Source: Clostridia bacterium (GTDB lineage Bacteria > Bacillota > Clostridia > Christensenellales > UBA1242). Taken from it: 64,000 bases of DNA. Location of the stretch: the NCBI GenBank assembly GCA_045597505.1, contig JAZLKE010000034.1, positions 11,288-75,287 of the forward strand. Reading direction: 5' to 3'. Position numbers and translations under genes: made by a program. Shown here one piece after another: positions 39,071 to 49,288 of the stretch (position 1 is the first letter of the stretch; each line of letters opens with the position of its first letter). The notes under the pieces were generated by a model. It made no database searches and was not told where the DNA came from. It saw only the letters and a list, made by a program, of their open reading frames with translations.

Positions 39071-41338
39071 TTAAAAATACCACGGAACACGTTTGTTTTC
39101 AACCGCTTTCCTCGGTTTAGCGGTTTGCGTATTTTTATTTGGCAAGCGTAGTTCAACTGCATTGCTTTCACGCGGGTTGTCGCCGTTGATACTGGCAGTT
39201 ACTGTGTAGTTGTTGACCGCTTGTGGTACTTTGTCGGTGTAAGTGTAAATACCACTTTGGTTGCGAATAACTGATTGTAATGTGGAGTTTTTGTAAATTT
39301 CGTAAGTTTGGTGTGGTTGAACTGGGAACCAAAGTACGGCTTCGTTTTTATCATTTAAACGACCGTCTAATGTGGTCGGCGCTGTAATTAAATAATTTTC
39401 CGAAACGGTGTTTGGTTGATAGCGTGTTGAAAACAAAGCCTTGGTGGTTTCGTATTCTGGGGTAGCCAAATTAGCTAATTTAATTTGACCTTGTTTGTAA
39501 TCTAAACTGTCTAAGCCAATTGTTTTTACGCTGGCAGGTTGTGAAAAATGTAGGTCTGGATTACTGATAACGCTGTGAATTTGTTTTGCGGCATTGGCTA
39601 GGCGACCGCCTCCGTTGTCGCCATGTGGTAAGTCGTCTTCGGGTTTCATGCTGGCGTTACCGTGCCAAACTAATAAAACATTTTCTGGCGTATAAGAAAC
39701 CAAAGTTGCGTCCGTATTTGTTTCGGCGTTTTCGCGTTCAGTAGTTCCAGTCTTGGCAGCAATTTCCATGTTCAATGTTGCTAATTTGCGCGCCGTACCT
39801 TTGCGAGCAGTATCTACCAACATGTCTGTTAATAAATAAGCGGTATCTGGCGCTACGGCTTGTGGGGCATAGTTATATTTGTTGGTCAAATCAAAATACA
39901 CTGTTTGACCTTTGCGGTCGCGAATTTCACGCACGAAACGAGCAGGTGCGGTCTTGCCTTGATTGGCAATAGTTTGATAACCACTTGCTAATTCTAAAAA
40001 TGTTGTACCCGTGTTGGTGTTACCCAGTGCCATGGATAAATTTTCATCTTGCAAATTAAAGCCCATTTTGTTGGCAATGTTGGTTGCGTTATTAATTGTA
40101 GTAGCTTGTAAAACTTTGACCGCGGGAATGTTATAACTGTGCATGATTGCGTCGCGTACCGAAACCATACCATGGTATTTACCGTCTGAATTTTTAGGAT
40201 TGAATTCAGCATCAATCAATGGACTGTCATCGATCAAAGTTGCGGGTTGCACAATGCCTAATTCTAACGCTGGAGCATAAACCAGTAACGGCTTCATTGC
40301 ACTGCCAAAATTGCGGCGTGCATTAAGCAGTGTTGGGATCGAAGTCCATAATGCTTTGACTTGACCGTTGGGTGCCGAAAGCAAGGCAAATTTTTCGCCA
40401 GTTAAATTGTATTCTGGATTATTCATTGCATCATACAAAAGTTGTTGTTTGTCAGGTTCGTAATATGTATCAATTTGGTAACCATAATTGATAATATCGT
40501 TTTCGCTTAAATTCAAAATTTTTGATGCTTCTTTTAATGCCATGTTTTGGTAATTAGTGCCTAACCAGAGATTATCTGGCGTTTGAATTGTTAATGCTTC
40601 ATGCAGTCCAGCTTGTAAATCTTCGTCCGAAATTAAACCTTGATTATGCATTAAATGTAAAATTAAATGTGCACGTCGTTTGAAATTATCGTGGTGCATA
40701 ATTGGGTCATATCTACTAGGATTTTTAATAATTCCCGCCAAGCCCGCGCCTTCCGCTAATGATAATTCAGCAGGTGTTTTGTGAAAGTATAATTCACTGG
40801 CATTTGCAATTCCGTAAGCGTTATTGCCGAAATAAATTGCATTTAAGTATAATTCAATAATTTGGTCTTTATTGAAATTTTGTTCGACCTTTAAGGCTAA
40901 AACTGCTTCACGTAATTTTCGTTGTAAAGTCTTTTCATTGGTCAGATAGGTATTTTTAACCAACTGTTGCGTAATTGTACTGGCGCCTTCCTTGGAGTAA
41001 CCTGCAACAATGTTATTGGCTAAGGCTTTACCAATTCGCGGTAATGATAAGCCGTGATGCTGATAAAATGTCCGATCTTCTACGGCAACAAAAGCCTTCA
41101 CGGTATTGGGGTTGATTTGTTCTAAGGAACAGTACTGAATATTGTTATGTGCGTTAATAACTTGTTGTGTACTGTCGTAAAAGGTTGCAGTTTGTGCCAT
41201 GGTAGTTAGACGGTTAGTATCTAATGTTTCACTGTGCCAAATTAAAGCAAAAGCCACGCTGCCTGCTGTAACCAGCAATAAAGCGATTACAATAATTGTT
41301 AAAAAAAATTTACGCACAAATTTTATTGGTTTGGACAC
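39071..41338 (-). CDS. Bifunctional class A penicillin-binding protein (glycosyltransferase plus transpeptidase)
   Basis: GT51 motifs (EDRTFYQHHG, GASTITQQ). Transpeptidase SAMKP (SxxK), SYN (SxN) and KTGT motifs. N-terminal TM anchor and a GTG start. Confidence 0.9.
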   Translation of the reverse strand: MSKPIKFVRKFFLTIIVIALLLVTAGSVAFALIWHSETLDTNRLTTMAQTATFYDSTQQVINAHNNIQYCSLEQINPNTVKAFVAVEDRTFYQHHGLSLPRIGKALANNIVAGYSKEGASTITQQLVKNTYLTNEKTLQRKLREAVLALKVEQNFNKDQIIELYLNAIYFGNNAYGIANASELYFHKTPAELSLAEGAGLAGIIKNPSRYDPIMHHDNFKRRAHLILHLMHNQGLISDEDLQAGLHEALTIQTPDNLWLGTNYQNMALKEASKILNLSENDIINYGYQIDTYYEPDKQQLLYDAMNNPEYNLTGEKFALLSAPNGQVKALWTSIPTLLNARRNFGSAMKPLLVYAPALELGIVQPATLIDDSPLIDAEFNPKNSDGKYHGMVSVRDAIMHSYNIPAVKVLQATTINNATNIANKMGFNLQDENLSMALGNTNTGTTFLELASGYQTIANQGKTAPARFVREIRDRKGQTVYFDLTNKYNYAPQAVAPDTAYLLTDMLVDTARKGTARKLATLNMEIAAKTGTTERENAETNTDATLVSYTPENVLLVWHGNASMKPEDDLPHGDNGGGRLANAAKQIHSVISNPDLHFSQPASVKTIGLDSLDYKQGQIKLANLATPEYETTKALFSTRYQPNTVSENYLITAPTTLDGRLNDKNEAVLWFPVQPHQTYEIYKNSTLQSVIRNQSGIYTYTDKVPQAVNNYTVTASINGDNPRESNAVELRLPNKNTQTAKPRKAVENKRVPWYF

Positions 41339-41349
41339 AGATTATTTTG

Positions 41350-41358
41350 TGTTAAACT
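41350..41358 (+). promoter_or_regulatory. Extended -10 (TGtTAAACT) 10 nt upstream of ATG 41369
   Basis: tTGtgTTAAACTatcttattctATG; no SD. Confidence 0.35.
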
Positions 41359-41368
41359 ATCTTATTCT

Positions 41369-42376
41369 ATGAAATTTGTACTAAAGAATTATGGGTGCCA
41401 AATGAATGTAAATACTGCGCATAAAATTACGCAGCAACTTTTGGCGGCAGGGCATACGATTGCCGAAACGGACGAAGAAGCCGATGTCATTATTTTTAAC
41501 ACCTGTTGCGTACGTAACACGGCGGAGCAAAAAATTTTGTCACATATTGCCTTGGCAAAACAATTGAAGCAATTCAATCCAGATTTGAAAATTGCCGTGA
41601 TTGGTTGTTTGTCAGCGAAACGTAAAATTCAAGGCGTGGATATTTTACTCGGTACAGATAATGCTTTGGACGTGGTGGAAAAGTTGGGCGTTGCTATGCA
41701 AACTTTGCCTGCTGAACAAGGCGCGACCGCCTATATCGATATCACGTACGGCTGCGAAAATTATTGCAGTTATTGTATTGTACCGTTTGTGCGTGGTAAG
41801 TTGCGCATTCGTCCACGTGAAGAAATTGTTGCCGAATTTGACCAAGTTAAAGACAGCGCCAAGGATATTTTCTTGCTTGGACAAAATGTTAATGCATATC
41901 CAGATTTCCCAGGACTGCTCAGTGAGTTGGCGCAAAAAGACGGTAATTTTACTTTGCATTTTTTGTCGGCACATCCGAAAGATTTTGATGTCGAAACAAT
42001 TAAAGTGATGGCAAAATATCCCAAAATAGCCCACGATGTTCATTTGCCAATGCAATGCGGTTGTGATAAAATCTTAAAGTTAATGAACCGCAAATACACA
42101 ATGGCGGACTATCTGGAAAAGATTCGTCTGTTACGGGAGTATATGCCGGATATCCATATTACGACTGATATCATTTGTGGCTTCCCAGGTGAAACCGAAG
42201 AAGATTTCGCGGAAACCGTACAAGCGGTAAAAAACATCAAGTTTAGCGCGGCTTACATTTTCCCGTACAGTAATCGTACTGGAACCGCGGCCGATAAAAT
42301 GCCTAACCAAATCCCGTTCCGTACGCGTAAAGCACGTGCCACGAAGTTGGTTGAAATCATGCGAAAAATGTCGTAA
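41369..42376 (+). CDS. MiaB/RimO-family radical SAM methylthiotransferase lacking the C-terminal TRAM domain
   Basis: UPF0004 N-domain (NYGCQMN..FNTCCVR) and a radical SAM CENYCSYC cluster. The protein ends at 335 aa, right after the radical SAM core. Confidence 0.75.
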   Translation: MKFVLKNYGCQMNVNTAHKITQQLLAAGHTIAETDEEADVIIFNTCCVRNTAEQKILSHIALAKQLKQFNPDLKIAVIGCLSAKRKIQGVDILLGTDNALDVVEKLGVAMQTLPAEQGATAYIDITYGCENYCSYCIVPFVRGKLRIRPREEIVAEFDQVKDSAKDIFLLGQNVNAYPDFPGLLSELAQKDGNFTLHFLSAHPKDFDVETIKVMAKYPKIAHDVHLPMQCGCDKILKLMNRKYTMADYLEKIRLLREYMPDIHITTDIICGFPGETEEDFAETVQAVKNIKFSAAYIFPYSNRTGTAADKMPNQIPFRTRKARATKLVEIMRKMS

Positions 42377-42403
42377 AATGCAAAAGTTAAAGGAGTGTAA
42401 ATT

Positions 42404-44755
42404 ATGGCTCTATCGCCAGCTATGAAGAAATACCTAGAATTGAAAGCACAATATCCTGATTGTATTGTGTTTTATCGTCTAGGTGATTTTTATGAAATAT
42501 TTTTTGATGATGCGAAAAATGTTTCGTCAGCAATTGGTTTAACATTGACTGGTCGTTCTTGTGGCTTAGAAGAAAAAGCACCAATGTGTGGTGTGCCGTA
42601 TCATGCCGCAAATTTGTACATAAAAAAATTGGTTGAGTTGGGGTACAAAATTGCGATTGCCGAACAGTTGGAAGAACCCAATGGTAAAACATTGATTAAC
42701 CGTGATGTTATTCGCGTAATTACCAGTGGTACTGTTATTGACGATGCCATGTTAAACGCTGACAGTAATAACTTTATCGCCAGTATTTATGAACAGGAAA
42801 ATCAAACCGAAGTTTATGTTGCTTGGGCGGATATTATGACAGGTGAGTTCTATGTAGCTAAATTCGACAGTTATGATAATGCAACTTCGCGTATTCGTCC
42901 CAAGGAAGTCATTACCAAAAAACATTTTGGCTATGCTTTCGTGTATAAACAAGCCAGCCAAACGGTAAAAAAATATTTCAATATAAATACTACGCAGGTT
43001 TTTGATATTCCCGAAGATTCGCCGTTGGTAAATGCAGCTGGCGCTTTGTTGGAATACCTTTTAATGACCGCCAAAAATAAATTATCTAACATTACCAAAA
43101 TCACTTTAATGCGCGATGATAATTATATGGTCTTGGATAAGATTGCGCGCGATACTTTGGAAATTGTTTCGTCATATCGCAACAATACCAAAGCTGGCAG
43201 TTTGCTGTCCGTAATGGATAAAACAAAAACTCCGATGGGTGCACGTATGTTGGCGGAATGGGTAACTGCGCCGTTGAAAAAATCTGATTTAATTCTTGAA
43301 CGTCAAGATGCGGTGCAAGAATTACTTGATAATTCTAACGCATGCCAAAACTTACGTGAAATTTTATCCAAGTTTGGCGATTTGGGGCGTTTCTGTGGTA
43401 AGATTGCCAATGGTAATGTTAACCCCAAAGATATGTTGGCGTTCGCCGATGGTTTGGCTTTGGTAGGACAAGTCAAAACTTTTTTAACAGAAAATTGTCA
43501 TACGGCATTGTTAAATAAATTCAGTGAACAATTGAACCCGTTAGACGATTTACGTAATTTATTATTGCGCGCAATTAAACCTGAACCTAATACAATTCTT
43601 AGTGAAGGTAATTACATCAAAGAAGGCTTTAATGAGAAGTTGGACGAATTGCGCAATGCGGGCTCTTTGAGTAAAAACTGGTTATTGACTTTGGAGGCAA
43701 AAGAGCGTCGAGAAACTGGTGTGGAAAAATTAAAAGTCGCATACAATCGCGTGGCAGGTTATTATTTTGAAATGCCGTTAAATGCGATGAAGCAAGTTCC
43801 ATACCGTTTCATCCGCAAGGGTAGTACGTTAAATACGGAACGTTTTACAACCGATGAATTACGCGAAATTGAAAGTAAAATTCTTAGCGCGGCTAGTGAT
43901 GTGATTCGTTTGGAACAATCAATTTTTGCTGAGGTTGTTGCAACTGTCCAACAACAAATTACCGCAATTCAACAAGACGCGACCGCAATTGCTAACATTG
44001 ATGTTTTAGCAGATTTAAGTTACTTGGCTTTGAAAAATCAATGGGTACGTCCAGAAATTAATACCAATGGTGTTTTGCATTTAGAGAATGCTCGTCATCC
44101 TGTTTTGGAAAGTGTTTTACCTATCAACGAATTTGTGGCGAACGACTGTGTGTTGGACAATGAAAATAACACTATGTTAATTACAGGACCAAACATGGCG
44201 GGTAAGTCAACCTTTATGAAAACCGTGGCTTTGAATGTGATCATGGCACATTGCGGTTCGTTTGTGCCGTGTTATCGTGCCAAAGTTTCATTAACTGACC
44301 GTGTCTTTACGCGTGTTGGTGCCAGCGATGACATGATGACGGGTAAATCAACCTTTATGGTAGAAATGAACGAAGTTTCTAATATCGTTCATAATGCTAC
44401 TAAGAACAGCCTGTTGTTATTGGACGAAATTGGACGCGGTACAGGTACGAACGATGGTTACGCGTTGGCTAAGGCAATTTTACAATATATTATTGAAAAG
44501 ATTGGCAGTAAAACTTTGTGCGCAACCCATTTCCATGAGTTGATTGAGTTAGGTCGTACTTATCCACAAGTGCAAAATTACAAAGTTCTGACATCTAATC
44601 TCAATGGTCAAATCATTTTCCTGCACAAAGTTGTTAAAGGCGAAGAACAAAACAGTTTTGGTGCCGAAGTTGCACAGCTGTCAGGTTTGCCAGATGAGAT
44701 TATTCAGAACGCAAAAAAGATTATGAAAGAAAGGGAAGCAAATGAAAATCATTAA
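42404..44755 (+). CDS. mutS: DNA mismatch repair protein MutS
   Basis: PAMKKYLELKAQYPD..FYRLGDFYE N-terminus, Walker A GPNMAGKSTFM, DEIGRGT motif. Confidence 0.95.
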   Translation: MALSPAMKKYLELKAQYPDCIVFYRLGDFYEIFFDDAKNVSSAIGLTLTGRSCGLEEKAPMCGVPYHAANLYIKKLVELGYKIAIAEQLEEPNGKTLINRDVIRVITSGTVIDDAMLNADSNNFIASIYEQENQTEVYVAWADIMTGEFYVAKFDSYDNATSRIRPKEVITKKHFGYAFVYKQASQTVKKYFNINTTQVFDIPEDSPLVNAAGALLEYLLMTAKNKLSNITKITLMRDDNYMVLDKIARDTLEIVSSYRNNTKAGSLLSVMDKTKTPMGARMLAEWVTAPLKKSDLILERQDAVQELLDNSNACQNLREILSKFGDLGRFCGKIANGNVNPKDMLAFADGLALVGQVKTFLTENCHTALLNKFSEQLNPLDDLRNLLLRAIKPEPNTILSEGNYIKEGFNEKLDELRNAGSLSKNWLLTLEAKERRETGVEKLKVAYNRVAGYYFEMPLNAMKQVPYRFIRKGSTLNTERFTTDELREIESKILSAASDVIRLEQSIFAEVVATVQQQITAIQQDATAIANIDVLADLSYLALKNQWVRPEINTNGVLHLENARHPVLESVLPINEFVANDCVLDNENNTMLITGPNMAGKSTFMKTVALNVIMAHCGSFVPCYRAKVSLTDRVFTRVGASDDMMTGKSTFMVEMNEVSNIVHNATKNSLLLLDEIGRGTGTNDGYALAKAILQYIIEKIGSKTLCATHFHELIELGRTYPQVQNYKVLTSNLNGQIIFLHKVVKGEEQNSFGAEVAQLSGLPDEIIQNAKKIMKEREANENH

Positions 44756-46634
44756 CATATTACCACCTGTTATTTATAACCGCTTGGCGGCTGGCGAAGT
44801 TGTTGAAAATCCAGCTTCGATTGTGAAGGAGTTGTTGGAAAATTCGTTAGACGCGAACGCAAAGCAAATTACTGTTCAAATTGTGAATGGTGGCATTGAT
44901 GAAATTATTGTCGCCGACGACGGGGAAGGTGTGGCTGAAAGTGAATTGCCCAAAGTTTTTATGCCACACGCGACCAGTAAAATTGCCAAAGCCGAAGATA
45001 TAGATAATATTACCTCACTGGGTTTTCGTGGGGAAGCGTTGGCTTCAATTTCTGCGGTAGCTAAGGTGACTTTTACATCTAAAACCGAAAGCCAAGAATA
45101 CGCGGTTGCAATTAACCAAGACAACGAAACGCAATATACTGGTGGCAATCGTGGTACCACGGTGCGTGTATCTAATTTATTTTATAACACACCAGCGCGT
45201 AAAAAATTTTTGCGTAGTGCTAACGTCGAAAAAAATCATGTCACGCAAATTATTCATGAAATTATTTTTGCGCATCCAGATTTGCAGTTGCGTTATTATG
45301 TCGATAATCGTTTGATTTTGGACTATCGTGCACAAGGTTTAAGTGCGGCTATGCAAATGATTTACAACATTGATGCATCGCATTTAGTGGCGGTTAATGA
45401 TAAAACTGAAAATCTAGCTGTGAACGGTTATGTATCTGATTTGAGTTTGTCCAAAATTAACAAAGACCGTCAAGTTGTTATTATCAATGGACGTGTGGTT
45501 AATGGCGGAATTATTTCGTCCACGATTAACGAAGCCATAAGTCACTATTTGCCAATGAAAGAATATCCGATTTTTGTACTTAATTTTAACGTAGCGACCG
45601 ACCGTGTAGATGTCAATGTTCATCCACAAAAACGTGAAGTGCGTTTTGAAGATCGTGATTTAATTATTGGCTTTGTGCGTAGGGTGATTCATACCACAAT
45701 GGAACAATTTTTCTTGAAACAGGTTTCTAAGTTGACACAACCTGCATCTGTCGTACAATCTACAACACCAACTGCGCCACAGCTACAACCAAATGTAAAT
45801 ACTCAGCCCGCGGTGACTAATACACCGTATGTCGCGCCAGTAGATGTCAATAATTCGGTTAATCCAATGTCTGTAAATTCACAACCGTTGCCATTTAGTG
45901 GTCATTCATTTAATCCGAATCAAACCGAAGCTGCGACTGTTATGATTAAATCTTTAGATGTGTTGGGGGGTAAAAACAATTTGATTGAATCAGCACCGAA
46001 CATTTTAAACCATATGGTTTTTAATCAACCATTAAGCGGTACCCAAACCAACGCTTTGTCGCAAAATGCGTTTGTAATTATGGGACAAATTTTTGATACT
46101 TATTTATTAGTGAGTACCAGTGATTCACTTTTGGTTATCGACCAACACGCGATGGCAGAACGTATCAACTATGATAAATTCCGTGCCGAAGTCGACAGTC
46201 ATTCAATTCAATCACAAATGCTTTTGACACCGTTAGTTATTAACGTAACACCTAAAGAGATGGAGCGCTTTTTGGAATTAAAATCTTTGTTGTTGAACTT
46301 TGGTTTTGATTGTGATGAATTTGGTTCTGATGCAATTCGTGTTTCCGCTGTGCCTGCTATGATGATACATGCTTCGTTGAAAGATTTTATTACGGTATTG
46401 TTAAACGAAAAAGCAGTGGTCAACGAAAATTTGAGTGAACTGATTCAGCATCGTGTTGCGACCGCAGCATGCAAAGCCAGTATTAAAGCTGGGCTTACTT
46501 TATCGCATGAACAAATTGATATGCTTTTGAAGAATTATTTTACGACCAAAAATGTACCATTATGCCCGCATGGACGTCCAATTATGTTGGTGTTTTCACA
46601 AAGTAAATTGGAAAGTCTGTTTGCTAGAAAGTAA
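44742..46634 (+). CDS. mutL: DNA mismatch repair protein MutL
   Basis: IAAGEVVENPASIVKELLENSLDA GHKL ATPase N-terminus; C-terminal dimerisation/endonuclease region (DQHA.ERI). Confidence 0.95.
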   Translation: MKIINILPPVIYNRLAAGEVVENPASIVKELLENSLDANAKQITVQIVNGGIDEIIVADDGEGVAESELPKVFMPHATSKIAKAEDIDNITSLGFRGEALASISAVAKVTFTSKTESQEYAVAINQDNETQYTGGNRGTTVRVSNLFYNTPARKKFLRSANVEKNHVTQIIHEIIFAHPDLQLRYYVDNRLILDYRAQGLSAAMQMIYNIDASHLVAVNDKTENLAVNGYVSDLSLSKINKDRQVVIINGRVVNGGIISSTINEAISHYLPMKEYPIFVLNFNVATDRVDVNVHPQKREVRFEDRDLIIGFVRRVIHTTMEQFFLKQVSKLTQPASVVQSTTPTAPQLQPNVNTQPAVTNTPYVAPVDVNNSVNPMSVNSQPLPFSGHSFNPNQTEAATVMIKSLDVLGGKNNLIESAPNILNHMVFNQPLSGTQTNALSQNAFVIMGQIFDTYLLVSTSDSLLVIDQHAMAERINYDKFRAEVDSHSIQSQMLLTPLVINVTPKEMERFLELKSLLLNFGFDCDEFGSDAIRVSAVPAMMIHASLKDFITVLLNEKAVVNENLSELIQHRVATAACKASIKAGLTLSHEQIDMLLKNYFTTKNVPLCPHGRPIMLVFSQSKLESLFARK

Positions 46635-46640
46635 CAAACA

Positions 46641-46649
46641 TGATAAACT
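46641..46649 (+). promoter_or_regulatory. Extended -10 (TGaTAAACT) 9 nt upstream of ATG 46659
   Basis: aTGaTAAACTattctttatATG; no SD. Confidence 0.35.
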
Positions 46650-46658
46650 ATTCTTTAT

Positions 46659-49247
46659 ATGGAAGAATTGGGAACTGTTGTGCCTACACCCGAAACCGTC
46701 TTTACTAATCAAAGTCGGGTGACTGTTAATGCTTATAAACGTAAATTTACCAAGACATGGAAAAAGAATCCGCCAACCAGTCCAGAACGTTATAAACCGA
46801 ATTTGAAAACGGGCTTGACGGCAACGCAAGTTAAAAGCCGTATTGATGAATGTTTGGTAAACTATACTAAACGCGGTACAACCAAATCTGTCAGTGCAAT
46901 TTTATTGACCAATATTTTTACTTTTTATAACCTTTTAGCTTTGATTATTGGTGCCATTTTGATTTATACCATGTTGGTTTTGCAACCAAAAATTCCAGCT
47001 GAATATTTTGCTAAAAACGAAGATGGAACCAGATTAATTAACCCCATTCAGCCGACCAGCTTATTATTCCTTGTAATCTTTGGAGTTAATATGATTATTG
47101 GTATTGTCCAAGAATTGCGCGCTAAGTTTACCATTGAAAAATTAACCTTGGTTGCATCATCCAAAGTTACGGCTTGGCGTGAAGGTCAGAAACAGGTTAT
47201 TGTTCCGTCTGATTTGGTTTTGGACGATATCGTTTTGTTGTCGGCAGGGGGACAAATCCAAGCCGATGGTGTTTTATTAGAAGGTATTGTAGAAGTAAAC
47301 GAAAGTTTATTGACAGGCGAATCAGTACCTGTACAAAAAAAGCCCGGCGACAGATTGTTGGCTGGTTCTTTTGTGGTTAGCGGTACTGGTAAATATCACG
47401 TTGATAAAATTGGTAAAGATAACTATATTCAAAGTATTGCTAATACAGCAGGTCGTTATGTTGCGCCACGTTCTGAATTGTTCAAATCGTTAAAATCAAT
47501 TATCAAAATCATTGGTGTGTTTATCGCTTTTTTGACCATGGCTTTAATTACTATGCAAATTATCGTCACCGAAGATTTGGCTCCGCATAATATTTTGCAA
47601 ATTATTTCACAAACCAGTGGTGCCATCTTGGGAATGATTCCAGCAGGTATGTTCTTGCTGTCGTCCATGGCTTTAATGGTTGGTGTCATTAACTTGGGCA
47701 AAGAAAATACTTGGGTTCGCGAATTGTACTGTATCGAAATGTTGGCACGTGTCAATACATTGTGCTTGGATAAAACAGGTACAATTACCGACGGTACCAT
47801 GAAAGTTATTGATGTTGTCGCGATTAAAAACGAAGGTAAAAAAATGGATTTCAATCGTGTGATGTCGTCAATGTTGTTTGCTTTGGAAGATAACAACCAA
47901 ACCTCTTTGGCGTTAAAAGATTATTTTGGACAAGAATGTGCTTATAAAGTTCGTAAAATTTTGCCATTCTCTTCGGCGCGTAAAATGTCGGCAGTAACTT
48001 TTGGTGCCGGATTGGGAACTTTTGTGATGGGCGCGCCAGAATTCATTTTTAATGATATGAGCGCAAAATTAAATACTGTCATTAATAAATTAACCAGCCA
48101 AGGTTATCGTGTTCTAGGAGTAGGGCGTTGCTCTGGCGAAATTAAAGACGATACTTTACCAGGCACTGTATCGCCTGTGGCTTTAATTACTTTACAAGAC
48201 AATATTCGCCGTGAAGCGCCACAAACAATTAAATGGTTTGCTGATAACGGTGTTGATATTCGAATTATTTCTGGTGATAACCCAATTACAGTTAGTGAAG
48301 TTGCGCGTCGTGCTGGTGTGGTTGGTTCGGAAAAATATATATCTTTACACGGCTTATCTAATAATGAAGTCCGTACTGCGGCTAAGAAATATACAATTTT
48401 CGGCCGTGTTACGCCAGAACAAAAATTGCTATTGATTAAAGAATTCAAAAACAATGGTCGCATGGTTGCAATGACTGGTGACGGTGTTAACGATATTTTG
48501 GCTTTGCGTGAAGCTGATTGTTCAATTGCAATGGCGTCTGGCAGTGAGGCAGCCCGTAATGTTTCGCAATTGGTTTTGTTGGATAGTAATTTTTCCAGCA
48601 TGCCGAAAGTTGTATTGGAAGGTCGACGCGTCGTTAATAACGTGCAAAAATCTTCTTCGTTGTTTTTGTTTAAAACTTTGTTGACTATTATGTTGACATT
48701 TGTTTGTATTTTCTTTAATAAAGGCTTGTATTTCTTCGATACTACCAATTTGTTAATTTTGGAAAGTATGGTTATTGGTATTCCAGGTTTTATGTTAGCA
48801 TTAGAGCGGAATAGTCAACAGATAAAAGGAAAGTTTATGTTTAATATTTTGAAAACTTCACTTTCCGCCGCAATTGTTGCTGTATTGTTTGTTGTTACAT
48901 TAATGATTTTCCGTTTCTTTGGTATTTTTGGTTTGCAATTTGAAGAAGATCCGCATGGAGCAATTTTCCGCACGATGACGATTTATGCCGTATTGACAAC
49001 TGGTTTTGCAATGTTGTACCGCATGATTCGTCCAGTTAACGTTTTCCGCGGAATTATGTATGTCGTTGTCGTGGTTTTGTCGTTATTCTTAATTGGTTAT
49101 TTCCCCGATTTGTTTGGTATGGTCCAATTGACCAATGAAGTTCATTATTTAATGGTCATGTTGATGGTCTTCATGGGTTATGCCTTGACCGCGTTGTTTG
49201 ATGGTTTGTTATCGCAAATTAAATTAACAACTGGTAAAAATTCGTAA
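46659..49247 (+). CDS. Cation-translocating P-type ATPase
   Basis: TGES motif, phosphorylation site CLDKTGTIT, hinge MTGDGVNDILAL, and multiple TM helices. Confidence 0.9.
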   Translation: MEELGTVVPTPETVFTNQSRVTVNAYKRKFTKTWKKNPPTSPERYKPNLKTGLTATQVKSRIDECLVNYTKRGTTKSVSAILLTNIFTFYNLLALIIGAILIYTMLVLQPKIPAEYFAKNEDGTRLINPIQPTSLLFLVIFGVNMIIGIVQELRAKFTIEKLTLVASSKVTAWREGQKQVIVPSDLVLDDIVLLSAGGQIQADGVLLEGIVEVNESLLTGESVPVQKKPGDRLLAGSFVVSGTGKYHVDKIGKDNYIQSIANTAGRYVAPRSELFKSLKSIIKIIGVFIAFLTMALITMQIIVTEDLAPHNILQIISQTSGAILGMIPAGMFLLSSMALMVGVINLGKENTWVRELYCIEMLARVNTLCLDKTGTITDGTMKVIDVVAIKNEGKKMDFNRVMSSMLFALEDNNQTSLALKDYFGQECAYKVRKILPFSSARKMSAVTFGAGLGTFVMGAPEFIFNDMSAKLNTVINKLTSQGYRVLGVGRCSGEIKDDTLPGTVSPVALITLQDNIRREAPQTIKWFADNGVDIRIISGDNPITVSEVARRAGVVGSEKYISLHGLSNNEVRTAAKKYTIFGRVTPEQKLLLIKEFKNNGRMVAMTGDGVNDILALREADCSIAMASGSEAARNVSQLVLLDSNFSSMPKVVLEGRRVVNNVQKSSSLFLFKTLLTIMLTFVCIFFNKGLYFFDTTNLLILESMVIGIPGFMLALERNSQQIKGKFMFNILKTSLSAAIVAVLFVVTLMIFRFFGIFGLQFEEDPHGAIFRTMTIYAVLTTGFAMLYRMIRPVNVFRGIMYVVVVVLSLFLIGYFPDLFGMVQLTNEVHYLMVMLMVFMGYALTALFDGLLSQIKLTTGKNS

Positions 49248-49253
49248 AAATGT

Positions 49254-49282
49254 TTTACAAAACTGTAAAAAATTATTAAACT
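49254..49282 (+). promoter_or_regulatory. Leaderless-type promoter of ftsZ
   Basis: TTTACA 49254-49259, 17-nt spacer, TAAACT 49277-49282, 6 nt, ATG 49289; no SD. Confidence 0.5.
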
Positions 49283-49288
49283 GTCTAT